Source of the DNA: an uncultured Pseudomonadota bacterium
GTDB lineage: Bacteria > Myxococcota_A > UBA796 > SXON01
DNA: 64,000 bases
Reading direction: 5' to 3'
Assembly (NCBI GenBank): GCA_903921785.1
Contig: CAIXRH010000045.1
Coordinates: 4,366 to 68,365, forward strand
Part shown: piece by piece, positions 7,902 through 16,727 of the stretch
How positions within the stretch are numbered: the stretch's first letter is position 1
Layout of the letters: each line of letters begins with the position of its first letter
Program-made: the position numbers and the translations under genes
The notes under the pieces: generated by a model
The model's database searches: none
What the model was told of the DNA's origin: nothing
Seen by the model: the letters and a program-made list of their open reading frames with translations, nothing else

Positions 7902-9032
7902 ATGAACTCCGTCCCGCTCCGCGAGCTGCTCCCCGACCACGCCAGCCACGCGGACGATCGGGGCGTGCCCATCGACCGCGTGGGGATCAAGGGGCTTCGC
8001 TGGCCGATCACGGTGTGGGACCGGGCGAACCGGGCGCAGCCCGTCGTGGCCGACATCACGGCAACGGTGGGCCTGCCGGCGGACGTGAAGGGCACCCACA
8101 TGTCGCGCTTCGTCGAGGTGCTCAACGGCGTTCGCGGCGAGCTCTCGCTGCATACGCTCCCCGATCTGTTGGCGCAGCTCCAGCGCCGCCTCGGCGCCCG
8201 AGACGTGCAGCTCGACGTACGTTTTCCCTACTTCATGGAGCGCTTCGCCCCGGTGAGCAAGGTCGCGTCGCTGATGGAGTACGGCGCCGTGTTCCACGCC
8301 ACGCTCTCGGGGACGGTGTTCGATTTTGTCCTCGAGGTTCGTGTTCCGGTCACGACGCTTTGCCCCTGTTCCAAGGCGGTGAGCGAACGCGGTGCCCACA
8401 ACCAGCGGTCCTGGGTCGACGTGTGGGTGCGGGGCCACGAGTTCTTGTGGATCGAGGACGTGGTGGAGGCCGTGGAGGCCTGCGCCAGCTCGCCGCTCTA
8501 CGCGCTGCTCAAGCGGGAGGACGAGAAGTACGTCACGGAGCATGCCTACGACCACCCACGTTTCGTAGAGGACCTCATCCGGGAGGTCACCCGCGCCCTG
8601 GAGCCCAAGGCGAAGTGGCTTCGGGTAAATGTGGAGAACCTGGAGAGCATCCACAACCACAGCGCCTGGGCCGAGCTGGAGTGGAATACGGAAACATCCG
8701 TAGTATTGGGGCAGGGGGGCGGAGCCCCCCCGCAACGCCCCCCCGAGGCCGCCGCGGCGCCGTCCGGGCTCGGGCCCTGGCTCCAGGCGAAGCGTCAGGC
8801 CTTCCACTGGTCACAGGCGCAGCTCGCGGCGCGGCTGGGGATGAGCGCCTCGCTCCTGAGCAAGATCGAGAGTGGGGAGCGCCACCTGAGCCCCGAGAAG
8901 TTCGCCGTCGTGGCAGACGTACTAGGTGAGTCTCCGGAGCGTGTATCACTTCGCGCGGGGGTCGTTCCGGCCGAGCTGCTCGCCCGCGTGCAGGCGGACC
9001 CAGAGGGGTTCTTGCGGTGGGCGGCGGGCTGA
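7902..9032 (+). CDS. folE2: GTP cyclohydrolase FolE2 (GCYH-IB) fused to a C-terminal XRE-type helix-turn-helix domain
   Basis: The first 265 aa or so carry FolE2/MptA blocks (VPIDRVGIKGLRWPI, KGTHMSRFVE, VPVTTLCPCSKAVSERGAHNQRS, YALLKREDEKYVTEHAYDHPRFVEDL). A Gly/Pro/Ala linker follows. The last 85 aa or so read as an HTH_3 domain (WSQAQLAARLGMSASLLSKIESGERHLSPEKFAVVADVLG). Confidence 0.85.
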   Translation: MNSVPLRELLPDHASHADDRGVPIDRVGIKGLRWPITVWDRANRAQPVVADITATVGLPADVKGTHMSRFVEVLNGVRGELSLHTLPDLLAQLQRRLGARDVQLDVRFPYFMERFAPVSKVASLMEYGAVFHATLSGTVFDFVLEVRVPVTTLCPCSKAVSERGAHNQRSWVDVWVRGHEFLWIEDVVEAVEACASSPLYALLKREDEKYVTEHAYDHPRFVEDLIREVTRALEPKAKWLRVNVENLESIHNHSAWAELEWNTETSVVLGQGGGAPPQRPPEAAAAPSGLGPWLQAKRQAFHWSQAQLAARLGMSASLLSKIESGERHLSPEKFAVVADVLGESPERVSLRAGVVPAELLARVQADPEGFLRWAAG

Positions 9033-9034
9033 GA

Positions 9035-11842
9035 TCACCCCTCGTCGAGGCGGAGGGCCGAGCCGTCGAGGCGCACGCCGAATCGGGCGGCCGCGTCGCT
9101 GAGGATCTCCTCCGGAGACACTCGGATCTCACTGAGGTCCCAGGCCTCGGCGCGTTGGTCTGAACCAAACACCAGCACTCGGTCCCCCGCGGGCGCAATA
9201 TCCGACACCCGGCCGTGCTCGAATTCCCGACGGAGCAGCTCCTTTCCGTGGTCATCGAGGACGGAGGAGTCGATCCGCGAAGCGACAAACCACCGGTCGG
9301 GGGTGAGCCACTCGATCCACTGTCGCCGCTCCGTGGGCGGCGCGACCTGCACTCCATCGATCCACGGCGCGCCGGCCGCGTCGATCCACGCGTGATGGCG
9401 GCCGTCCGCGCTCTCGGTACACCAGGCCACGTCGGGCGGGGCGTCCAGCGGCTCCGAGGAGCCATCCGGGTGCAGGCGCACCCATCCGCCCGACCCCCCG
9501 GGGACGAGCCATCCGCTGGCCCCCCGCGTCAGCCGCCCGTCCGTTCCCGGTCCTCCCACGTGTACCTGCCCCGCGCGAGTGAGGGCCGCCTGCTCGTGCA
9601 TGCCGCTGAGCAGGACCTCGCGCCGCTCCCGGTCCGCGAGCATGCCTCGCACGAGCGGTGCGTCGATCGGCGGGAGTGATCTTCCCTCCTTGGTAAAGGG
9701 CAGAACAACGCTGTCGGTGAGGGACCAGGCCTGGTCGTCGGCCCAGGCCAGCGCGCGCACGGGCCCTGAGGGACGCGCCCACCGCAGCCGCCGGTCCCAG
9801 CCCCAGCGGGAGACGTTGCCGTCTGCACCCACGATCCACGTTTCCTCCGCGGCCGCGGCGATCGCGGTCACGGTCCGGGGCCCGGGCACCGCTCCGAGGC
9901 GGGCCGGCGCGGCTTCGTATCGGAGTACCGCGCCGGGCGTCGTGACCTCGAAGCCGGTGCCGGCGGGACGCACGGCCGCGTCCCAGCCCGCCGTCCGGGG
10001 GAGGCGCAGGACCTCGTCGCCGAGGGCGTCCCACGCGCGGACCGTTCCGTCGGAGACTCGCCCGAAGAACGCGGCGCCGTCCGCAGCGCTCCGCATCCGG
10101 CCGCCGACCGGGACGTCGGAGGCTCCGGTCAGCTTGGCGGTGCAGGTCGCCGGATCGAGCACCTCCAGCGTCCCGTTGAAGGTGACCGCGAGGAGACGAT
10201 CGCCCGAGCCGCTGAACTCGGCGCTCGCCAGTCCCCGGCGTTCTTGACAGGACATCCCGGGCGAGTCCGCGTCTGTCCACACCTCTCCGCTGGCGGTGGC
10301 GAGGCACACGAGGGGTCCCGCCCACCCGACCGCCTTGATCAACGAGGCGTATTCGCGTTCACTCCGAACGCCGTGCTCAATGCGGACGAGGTGCCGGCCT
10401 TCGCTCCACGCGAAGCGCTCCGGGTCCGCGGGGTCCGGCCACACGTCCGTCGCTGCGGTGGCCGGGTAGGTCGCCACCACCTCTCCCGTGAGGACGTCTA
10501 CGCTCCGCACCTCCCGGGCCGAGGCGAGCAGCAGCCGCCCGGGCGCCTCCTGCGCCGCGACGATGGGCGCCGCCAGCGGGATGCGCCACCGACCGCCCCG
10601 CTCGGCGACCTCCCCGGCTCGGACACAGGCGTGCTCCGTGAGCAGGAGGCAGCCGCCGAGGGGGACGCGCTCGGCGAGCCGGTAGGGAAACGTGCCGCGG
10701 TGTCGGACCACGAAGCCGCGGGCGAGCGGTCGTTCGCCGCGGGAGAGCGCCGCGGCGGCGTAGACCAGAGCGCCGAGCCCGTCGCCATCGCGATCGGCCA
10801 CGGCCGCCTGTTGCTCCAGTGCCATCGCGAGCGCACGCTCGGCGACGTCGCGCTCGGCCCGCACCCGGAGAAAGCCGGTGACCGCCGAGAAGAGGGCGAG
10901 GACCAACCCGATCGCGAGGGCGGCCAGGGGCAGGCGATAGCGGCGTGCCAACAGCACAACCGCCTCCCCCGGCCGGTAGTGGTACGCGCTGACTGCGAGC
11001 CCCGTGCGCCACGCCTGCAGGTCGGCGACCATCGCGTCCGCCGTGGGGTACCGGTCTTCGCGGCGAAACGCCAACGCGCGGTCGGCGATGGCCGCGAGGG
11101 GCGGTGGCGCCTCCGGGGCGACGAGCCGGACCGGGGGGATGGGGTCGGTCGCCACTCTCCGGATCACCCCCCACGGATCGTCCCCCTCCGCCGGCGGATG
11201 CCCGGTGAGCACCTGGTGGAGGATCGCGCCGAGCGCCCATACGTCGCTACGTACGTCCAGCGGCTCCTCCCGGCATTGTTCGGGGCTCATGAAGCCGGGC
11301 GTCCCCGCGATCCCCGCCCGGGGATCCGTGAGGTGGAGCGCGATGCCCCAGTCCAGAAGCAGCGTCTCCCCCCGCGGCCCAAGCATGATGTTGGCCGGCT
11401 TCAGGTCCCGATGGAGCACCCCGCGGGCGTGGGCGTGGGCGACCGCGTGGACCACGTCGATGAGCCGGTCGAGGTGGGCGAGGCGCTCGGGAAGCGAGGC
11501 GCACCCGTCGAGCGCCTCCGCCAACGATTGCCCCTCCACGCGCTTCATCACGTAGAAGAGCGCCCCGTTCTCGCCTTCTCCCGCGTCGTGAACGGGGATG
11601 ATCGACGGGTGCTCCAGCCGGGCGGTGAGCCGCGCCTCCGCGAGGAACCGCGCCACCACCGCGGGGGAGGCCGCGACCGACACCTCCTTGATCGCCACCT
11701 CGCGGTCGAGGAGGCGGTCCCACGCCAGGAGCACCCGGCCCATCCCGCCGCGCCCGAGCTCCCCACGAACCACGTAGCGCGGCCCCACCTCGGGGGGCGC
11801 GGTGTCGGCGCTGGGGGTGTCCCAGGTGGTCCGGGCAGGCAC
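9035..11842 (-). CDS. receptor-like Ser/Thr protein kinase with one TM helix and a large repeat (beta-propeller-like) ectodomain
   Basis: Track ORF 9035..12220 trimmed to the GTG at 11842, because the upstream gene ends at 11863. Hanks motifs are present: GRGGMGRV, VAIKE, HRDLKPANIM, DWG, GTPGFMSPE. The TM segment is LPLAALAIGLVLALFSAVTGFL. About 570 aa of W/D/G-rich repeats follow. The start codon is uncertain. Confidence 0.85.
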   Translation of the reverse strand: MPARTTWDTPSADTAPPEVGPRYVVRGELGRGGMGRVLLAWDRLLDREVAIKEVSVAASPAVVARFLAEARLTARLEHPSIIPVHDAGEGENGALFYVMKRVEGQSLAEALDGCASLPERLAHLDRLIDVVHAVAHAHARGVLHRDLKPANIMLGPRGETLLLDWGIALHLTDPRAGIAGTPGFMSPEQCREEPLDVRSDVWALGAILHQVLTGHPPAEGDDPWGVIRRVATDPIPPVRLVAPEAPPPLAAIADRALAFRREDRYPTADAMVADLQAWRTGLAVSAYHYRPGEAVVLLARRYRLPLAALAIGLVLALFSAVTGFLRVRAERDVAERALAMALEQQAAVADRDGDGLGALVYAAAALSRGERPLARGFVVRHRGTFPYRLAERVPLGGCLLLTEHACVRAGEVAERGGRWRIPLAAPIVAAQEAPGRLLLASAREVRSVDVLTGEVVATYPATAATDVWPDPADPERFAWSEGRHLVRIEHGVRSEREYASLIKAVGWAGPLVCLATASGEVWTDADSPGMSCQERRGLASAEFSGSGDRLLAVTFNGTLEVLDPATCTAKLTGASDVPVGGRMRSAADGAAFFGRVSDGTVRAWDALGDEVLRLPRTAGWDAAVRPAGTGFEVTTPGAVLRYEAAPARLGAVPGPRTVTAIAAAAEETWIVGADGNVSRWGWDRRLRWARPSGPVRALAWADDQAWSLTDSVVLPFTKEGRSLPPIDAPLVRGMLADRERREVLLSGMHEQAALTRAGQVHVGGPGTDGRLTRGASGWLVPGGSGGWVRLHPDGSSEPLDAPPDVAWCTESADGRHHAWIDAAGAPWIDGVQVAPPTERRQWIEWLTPDRWFVASRIDSSVLDDHGKELLRREFEHGRVSDIAPAGDRVLVFGSDQRAEAWDLSEIRVSPEEILSDAAARFGVRLDGSALRLDEG

Positions 11843-11862
11843 CCCCTCTGGTATCTCCGCAC

Positions 11863-13158
11863 CTACGACGGGGCGAGCGTCCGCTCCCCGAGGGAGAACG
11901 CCGCGCCGTGCTGCCAGGCCCGGGCCACCCACCCCACATTCCCCATCGTGCGGTAGAGCCAGTCCGGCATGGTGGACGTGCCAAACTCGGCCGTGGCCTC
12001 GACCGGCACCGGCTCGCCGCGATCGAGCGCGGCCGCCGCGAGGTCGAGCCCGTGGACCACGTGGGTGGCGGGCCCGTTCGGTTCCGCGAGGCTCCGGCCC
12101 TCCAACGCCGGGCCGGCCCCGCACGCGAGGTGGCCGCCCCACGAAAGCCCACGCGCCTCGGCGGCGGCCGCGAGCACCTCCAGGGCGAGCACCGTGTGGC
12201 TGAGCTCGGGGAAGCCGCACTGCACGATGGGGAGCAGCACCGGCCGCCGCTCCCAGACCTCCGCGGCGCCGAGGCGGTCGAGCGCCGCGAGCACCAGGGC
12301 GGGCAGGCAGTCGACGTAGACCGGCGTGGCCAGGATGCAGAGGTCGACGGACTCCAGGAGCTCTTGGAGCTCCTGCACGTCAGCGCGGCCGAGCTTCACC
12401 AGCTCGGCGAGGTGCGCGGTGGCGGTGTCCCAGCCGAAGGCGGCGAGCCGCTCAAGCAACGCCTGCCCGATGGCCTCCGAGGTGCTCGTGCCGCGGGCCT
12501 TCGCGCTCCCCACCAGCAGCAGCGCGCGCCGCGGCCGAGCGCCCTCGAGGGCAAGGACGCCCACTCCCGGGGGGGGCGAGAAGGGTGGCAGGGTGGGGAA
12601 CGCCCGGAGGGTCGTGGCGCGCGCGGCCGCGATCGTGTCGGCCAGCTCGTCGGCCGTGGCGTCCGGCGCGACGAAGGCCACCCAGGGGGCCGGCTGGTGC
12701 AGGTTCAGCGCGTTGCGGGCCACGACACAGAGGAAGCGGGCGCGGTCGGCCTCGCTCACCTCCTCGTCCACGACCGCCACCACCCCGAGGCGGGGGTTCT
12801 GGTCGTACCGGGCCTTGTGGTGCGTCTCCCCGTCGACCGGCTCGAAGAACGGGTGGAGCAGCCCGAGGAACTTGTCCAGGGCCTGCTTGCTCGACGCATC
12901 CCAACAGCCGAACCGGGGTCGGAGCGCCCACACGACCTCCGACGACGCCACCGCGTCCTTGAGGACATCGTTGGTCGCGTCGCGGACCTTGCAGAGGCCC
13001 GGGTGCGCGATCCAGCACTCGAAGCAGCCCTGGCACGTGGCAAAACGCTCAGCTCGGAGGCGGTGGTGCACGCGAGGCCGACCTGTTCGGGACAACGCAG
13101 CGATCAGCGGCAGCGCGATCGGATCGGGGGAGAGCGCGTCCAGCAGCGTGACGTCCAT
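11863..13158 (-). CDS. iron-sulfur flavoprotein-like / flavodoxin-fold NAD(P)H-dependent reductase (two flavodoxin-like halves)
   Basis: C-terminal 431 aa of track ORF 11863..14607, from the ATG at 13158. It has the Isf-type cysteine motif CQGCFECWIAHPGLC (Cx2Cx2Cx7C). The second half has a flavodoxin-like LLLVGSAKARGTSTSE...ATPVYVDCLP. The upstream 480 aa of the ORF are Ser/Thr/Ala/Arg junk antisense to murJ. Confidence 0.7.
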   Translation of the reverse strand: MDVTLLDALSPDPIALPLIAALSRTGRPRVHHRLRAERFATCQGCFECWIAHPGLCKVRDATNDVLKDAVASSEVVWALRPRFGCWDASSKQALDKFLGLLHPFFEPVDGETHHKARYDQNPRLGVVAVVDEEVSEADRARFLCVVARNALNLHQPAPWVAFVAPDATADELADTIAAARATTLRAFPTLPPFSPPPGVGVLALEGARPRRALLLVGSAKARGTSTSEAIGQALLERLAAFGWDTATAHLAELVKLGRADVQELQELLESVDLCILATPVYVDCLPALVLAALDRLGAAEVWERRPVLLPIVQCGFPELSHTVLALEVLAAAAEARGLSWGGHLACGAGPALEGRSLAEPNGPATHVVHGLDLAAAALDRGEPVPVEATAEFGTSTMPDWLYRTMGNVGWVARAWQHGAAFSLGERTLAPS

Positions 13159-13240
13159 GTGGACCTCCGAAGGGGGGAGGAAGCAAACGACGTGCCCACC
13201 CGGGCCCCCGGCGGCCCTCCGGCTTGATACCCGGGCGGGC

Positions 13241-14710
13241 ATGTCCGTCGGCCGCACGGCGCTCTGGCTCGTCCCCCTCGCGCTCGTGGCGCGAGGCGCG
13301 GGCTTCGTCGTGCCCATCGTGATCGCGAGCTGGTTCGGCGTCCAGCCGGCCACCGACGCCTTCTTCTTCGCGCTGTCCGTGCCGTCGTTCCTCCTCGTGC
13401 TGGCCAGCAATGCCATGGGCACGGTGGCCGTACCCCCGCTGGCCGCGCTGCGCCTCAACCAGCCGGAGCGGCTGCCCATCGTGATCTCGGGCGCGGCCAT
13501 CGCGGGCGCCGCGCTCTCCTTGAGCGTCGGCGTGCTCTTCGCGATCGTCCTGCCGTTCGCGCTCCCGCACCTCGCGAAGTTCGACGAGGCGACGCAGGCC
13601 ATCGCCGTGCTCCACATGTGGATGCTCCTGCCCTTTGTCGCGGGGGTGGCCGCGATCGCGGTCGTGCGCGCGGCGTGCGAGGTGATGGGCGCCTTCCGGC
13701 TCAGCGCGCTCTCGCCCATCGCCCGCGCGGCCACGATGCTCGGGGTGGTGTGGACCCTCTTCCCCCTCGGCGCCAACGCCCTGCCGATCGGGATGGGCGC
13801 CGGAGCGGCGGCCGAGCTCGCGTGGTTGTTGTTCGTGCTCGGGCGGAGCGGAGTGAAGCTGGTGCGGCCCGAGTGGCCGGCGGAGCTCACGATCGCCACG
13901 GCGGCCGTCGGGCCGGTGCTCGCCGGCGAAGCGATGGTCGCGCTGAACCTCGTGGTGGACAAGGGCTTCGCCAGCCGGCTCTCCGAAGGGAGCGTCACGC
14001 TCCTGGAGTATGCGGACCGCGCTCGGGTCATCCCCCAGACGCTGTTGGAGGCCTCGCTGCTGGTCGTCGCGTTCAACACGTGGTCGGCGGCCCGGGCGCG
14101 CGGGGATCGTTCGGCGCAGCGCGAGGGCGTCGCGGAGGCGTTGCGCTGGGTTTTCCTGCTGGCCCCGCCGGCCCTGGCCGGAATGGTGGTGGCGCGGGAC
14201 CCCATCGTGCGCACGCTGTTCCTGCACGGCGCGTTCCCGGAGTCGGGGGTGCAAGCCTGCGCGGACGCGCTCGGCGCGTTCGTCCCGGGAATCTTCGCGT
14301 CGTTGGTGGGGGCGCTCCTGGTGAAGGCCCACATCGTGGACGGCCGTTTCAAGCTGGTGCTTGGGCTGGGACTGGTGTCCCTGGCGACCAACGCCACGCT
14401 CGACGCGCTGCTGGCGCCCGTCTGGGGGCTCCCCGGGCTCGCCACGGCGACCAGCATCACCACGGTCGTCGTGTCCGGGGTGAGCTGGGCGCTGCTGCGC
14501 ACTCCCGGAGAACGGCCGCCGCGGGTGGCGTTCGACGGGCTGTTCGTCGCGGTGGCGAGCGCGGTGGGCGCCGCCGGCCTCATGGGCCTCGGCATCACCT
14601 CGCTCACGGACGGGCGGTTGTGGGCCGCGGCTCTCCCCTTCGTGGGGCTCCTCGCGACGGGGATGTGGCGAGCGCGCGCAGCGGTTCGCGACGGCGCGCC
14701 CGGGCGGTAG
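13241..14710 (+). CDS. murJ: MurJ/MviN-family lipid II flippase-like membrane protein
   Basis: The ATG at 13241 lies within track ORF 12326..14710. The protein is polytopic and hydrophobic, with the MurJ N-terminal signature (ARGAGFVVPIVIASWFGVQPATDAFFFALSVPSFLL). It is about 489 aa. Confidence 0.75.
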   Translation: MSVGRTALWLVPLALVARGAGFVVPIVIASWFGVQPATDAFFFALSVPSFLLVLASNAMGTVAVPPLAALRLNQPERLPIVISGAAIAGAALSLSVGVLFAIVLPFALPHLAKFDEATQAIAVLHMWMLLPFVAGVAAIAVVRAACEVMGAFRLSALSPIARAATMLGVVWTLFPLGANALPIGMGAGAAAELAWLLFVLGRSGVKLVRPEWPAELTIATAAVGPVLAGEAMVALNLVVDKGFASRLSEGSVTLLEYADRARVIPQTLLEASLLVVAFNTWSAARARGDRSAQREGVAEALRWVFLLAPPALAGMVVARDPIVRTLFLHGAFPESGVQACADALGAFVPGIFASLVGALLVKAHIVDGRFKLVLGLGLVSLATNATLDALLAPVWGLPGLATATSITTVVVSGVSWALLRTPGERPPRVAFDGLFVAVASAVGAAGLMGLGITSLTDGRLWAAALPFVGLLATGMWRARAAVRDGAPGR

Positions 14711-14738
14711 CAGAGGATCCCGCGCGCTGGGGTTCAGT

Positions 14739-14758
14739 CATCGGTCGTTCGACCGATG
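14739..14758. promoter_or_regulatory. 20-bp palindrome CATCGGTCGTTCGACCGATG upstream of cheW
   Basis: A perfect 9+9 inverted repeat lying 154 nt upstream of the cheW ATG. A near-identical site lies at a matching distance upstream of mcp (19671-19692). Confidence 0.55.
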
Positions 14759-14892
14759 CCGGCGCTGGCGGTTGGACCTCCGCCGCGGACCCTGGCGCTT
14801 CGTCAGTGGGAGAGGTGCGTCCGCACGCCAAGTCTCCTCAAGCCGTCGCGCCGGCCGCCGATTCGTTGGCAGCGACCGCGAGGAGCCCGCTC

Positions 14893-15402
14893 ATGAACAC
14901 CGACACGCACACCAACGAAATCTCTGGCGAAGCCATGGCGCTCGCCGGCAAGTACATGACCTTCAAGGTGGCGTCTGAAGAGTATGGAGTCGCGATCCTC
15001 AAGGTGCGAGAGCTCATCGGGCTCATGGACATCACCCACGTCCCGCAGACGCCGCCGTGGGTCCGAGGCGTCATCAACCTGCGCGGCAAGGTGATCCCCG
15101 TCGCCGACCTGCGGGTGAAGTTCAGCATGGCGCCCACGGAGTCCACCGACCAGACGGTGATCATCGTGGTGCAGCTGGTCTCCTCAGCCGGCGTCAGCAT
15201 CATGGGCGTGCTCGTCGACGAGGTGCTCGAGGTGCTCGACATCCGCGCCCACCAGATCGAGCCGCCGCCCAGCTTCGGCTCCGCCTCGACCGACACCAAC
15301 TTCATCCTCGGTGTGGGCAAGTCGGAGAAGCGGGTGATCTTCCTCCTCGACATCGATGCCGTGCTCGCCCCCGAAGACGCCCTCCGCCTCGGCCGCATGT
15401 AG
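14893..15402 (+). CDS. cheW: chemotaxis coupling protein CheW
   Basis: ATG at 14893 preceded by AGGAG (14881-14885). CheW-domain blocks are present: YMTFKVASEEYGVAILKVRELI, VRGVINLRGKVIPVADLR, GVLVDEVLEVL, ILGVGK...VIFLLDID. Confidence 0.9.
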   Translation: MNTDTHTNEISGEAMALAGKYMTFKVASEEYGVAILKVRELIGLMDITHVPQTPPWVRGVINLRGKVIPVADLRVKFSMAPTESTDQTVIIVVQLVSSAGVSIMGVLVDEVLEVLDIRAHQIEPPPSFGSASTDTNFILGVGKSEKRVIFLLDIDAVLAPEDALRLGRM

Positions 15403-15435
15403 CTCGACGCCCAACCGAGACAGGGGGAAGAAGGC

Positions 15436-16242
15436 ATGCTCGCACCGGAGCTGTTTCGCCGCTTCAGCGATCTCGCCCACTCGCGGGCTGGGATCGCGCT
15501 GAAGGAAGGCAAGGAGACCCTCGTGGAGTCGAGGATCGCCAAACGGATCTCGGCGCTCGGCCTCGCCGATGCCGCGGCCTACGCGGACTACCTGGACAGC
15601 CACGACGGCGAGGAGATCGTCCAGTTCTTGGACGTGATCTCCACGAACTTCACCTCGTTCTTCCGCGAGCCGGATCACTTCGAGCGCCTGTCAGAAGAGG
15701 CGGCGCGGTGGCGGGCAGAGGGGCGTGAGCGAGTACGCGTGTGGTGCGCAGCCTCCTCCACGGGCGAGGAGCCCTACACCCTGGTCATGACCCTGCACGA
15801 GGTCCTCGGCGACAGCCTGGACTGGAAGCTGCTCGCCACGGACATCTCCACCCGGGTGCTCGACGCGGCGCGCCGCGGTCGCTTCGCCGAGGATCGCCTC
15901 CGCGGCCTCGATCCTGCGCTGCGCCAGCGCTACTTCACCGCGGCGCCGCAGGGCCCGGGGGAAACGCCCGAGTGGCAGTTCCGCTCCCCCCACCGGGAGC
16001 GCGCCTCCTTCGGCCGACTGAACCTCGCGAAGCCACCGTTCCCGCTGAGCGGCCCGCTGGACGCGATCTTCTGCCGCAACGTGATGATCTACTTCGATGC
16101 CGAGACCCGACAGGGCGTCGTCTCCGAAGCCGAACGCCTGCTCCGCCCCGGCGGGCTCCTGTTCATCGGCCATGCGGAGACGCTCAACGGGCTGCGCACC
16201 GGCCTTGTCCTTGAACGACCCTCCGTCTTCCGGAGGCGCTGA
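15436..16242 (+). CDS. cheR: chemotaxis protein methyltransferase CheR
   Basis: Contains TNFTSFFREPDHF, VWCAASSTGEEPYTLVM, ATDIS, and IFCRNVMIYFD of the SAM-dependent CheR fold. Confidence 0.9.
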   Translation: MLAPELFRRFSDLAHSRAGIALKEGKETLVESRIAKRISALGLADAAAYADYLDSHDGEEIVQFLDVISTNFTSFFREPDHFERLSEEAARWRAEGRERVRVWCAASSTGEEPYTLVMTLHEVLGDSLDWKLLATDISTRVLDAARRGRFAEDRLRGLDPALRQRYFTAAPQGPGETPEWQFRSPHRERASFGRLNLAKPPFPLSGPLDAIFCRNVMIYFDAETRQGVVSEAERLLRPGGLLFIGHAETLNGLRTGLVLERPSVFRRR

Positions 16243-16727
16243 TGGCTGAACGCCTCATCACGGTGGACATCGCCGACATCAAGGTGAGCAACGACCCCAC
16301 GGCCACGCTCATCACCTACGCCCTCGGCTCGTGCATCGCCGTGGCCTTGTACGAACCCACCCGCCACGTCGGGGGAATGATCCACTACATGCTTCCCCTC
16401 TCCACCGTGTCACCGGACAAAGCGAAGGAGTCCCCCGCGATGTTCGCCGACACCGGGATTCCCCTGCTCTTCGAGCGCATGTACGCGCTGGGCTGCAAAA
16501 AGTCCGACCTGGTGGTGAAAGTGATCGGTGGCGGCCAGATCTACGATGACAACAACACCTTCGAGATCGGCCAGCGCAACTACATGGTGCTCCGGAAGAT
16601 GTTCTGGAAGGTCGGCGTGCTCATCAGCGCCGAAGACGTGGGTGGGAAGAAGTCCCGGACGACCCGCCTGCACGTCGGGACCGGCCTGGTGACGGTGCGC
16701 TCGAGTGGGACGGAGGTGCCGCTATGA
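16242..16727 (+). CDS. cheD: chemoreceptor glutamine deamidase CheD
   Basis: CheD signature: TYALGSCIAVALYEP...GGMIHYMLP, IGQRNYMVLRKMF. Its start shares 1 nt with the cheR stop. Confidence 0.9.
   Translation: MAERLITVDIADIKVSNDPTATLITYALGSCIAVALYEPTRHVGGMIHYMLPLSTVSPDKAKESPAMFADTGIPLLFERMYALGCKKSDLVVKVIGGGQIYDDNNTFEIGQRNYMVLRKMFWKVGVLISAEDVGGKKSRTTRLHVGTGLVTVRSSGTEVPL

Noticed and set aside
13159-14607. N-terminal 483 codons of the 914-aa minus-strand ORF 11863..14607
   Set aside because: The sequence is Ser/Thr/Ala/Arg-rich and antisense to the MurJ-like gene. The convincing protein (Isf-like) begins at the ATG at 13158.
14759-14892. Sigma54 (-24/-12) promoters downstream of the che palindromes
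   Set aside because: The near matches fail the required GG-N10-GC spacing. These are TGGCGCTTCGTCAGT and TTGGCAGCGACCGCG before cheW, and GGTACCCCGCGTTGC at about 19778-19792 before mcp. I therefore do not call sigma54 promoters.
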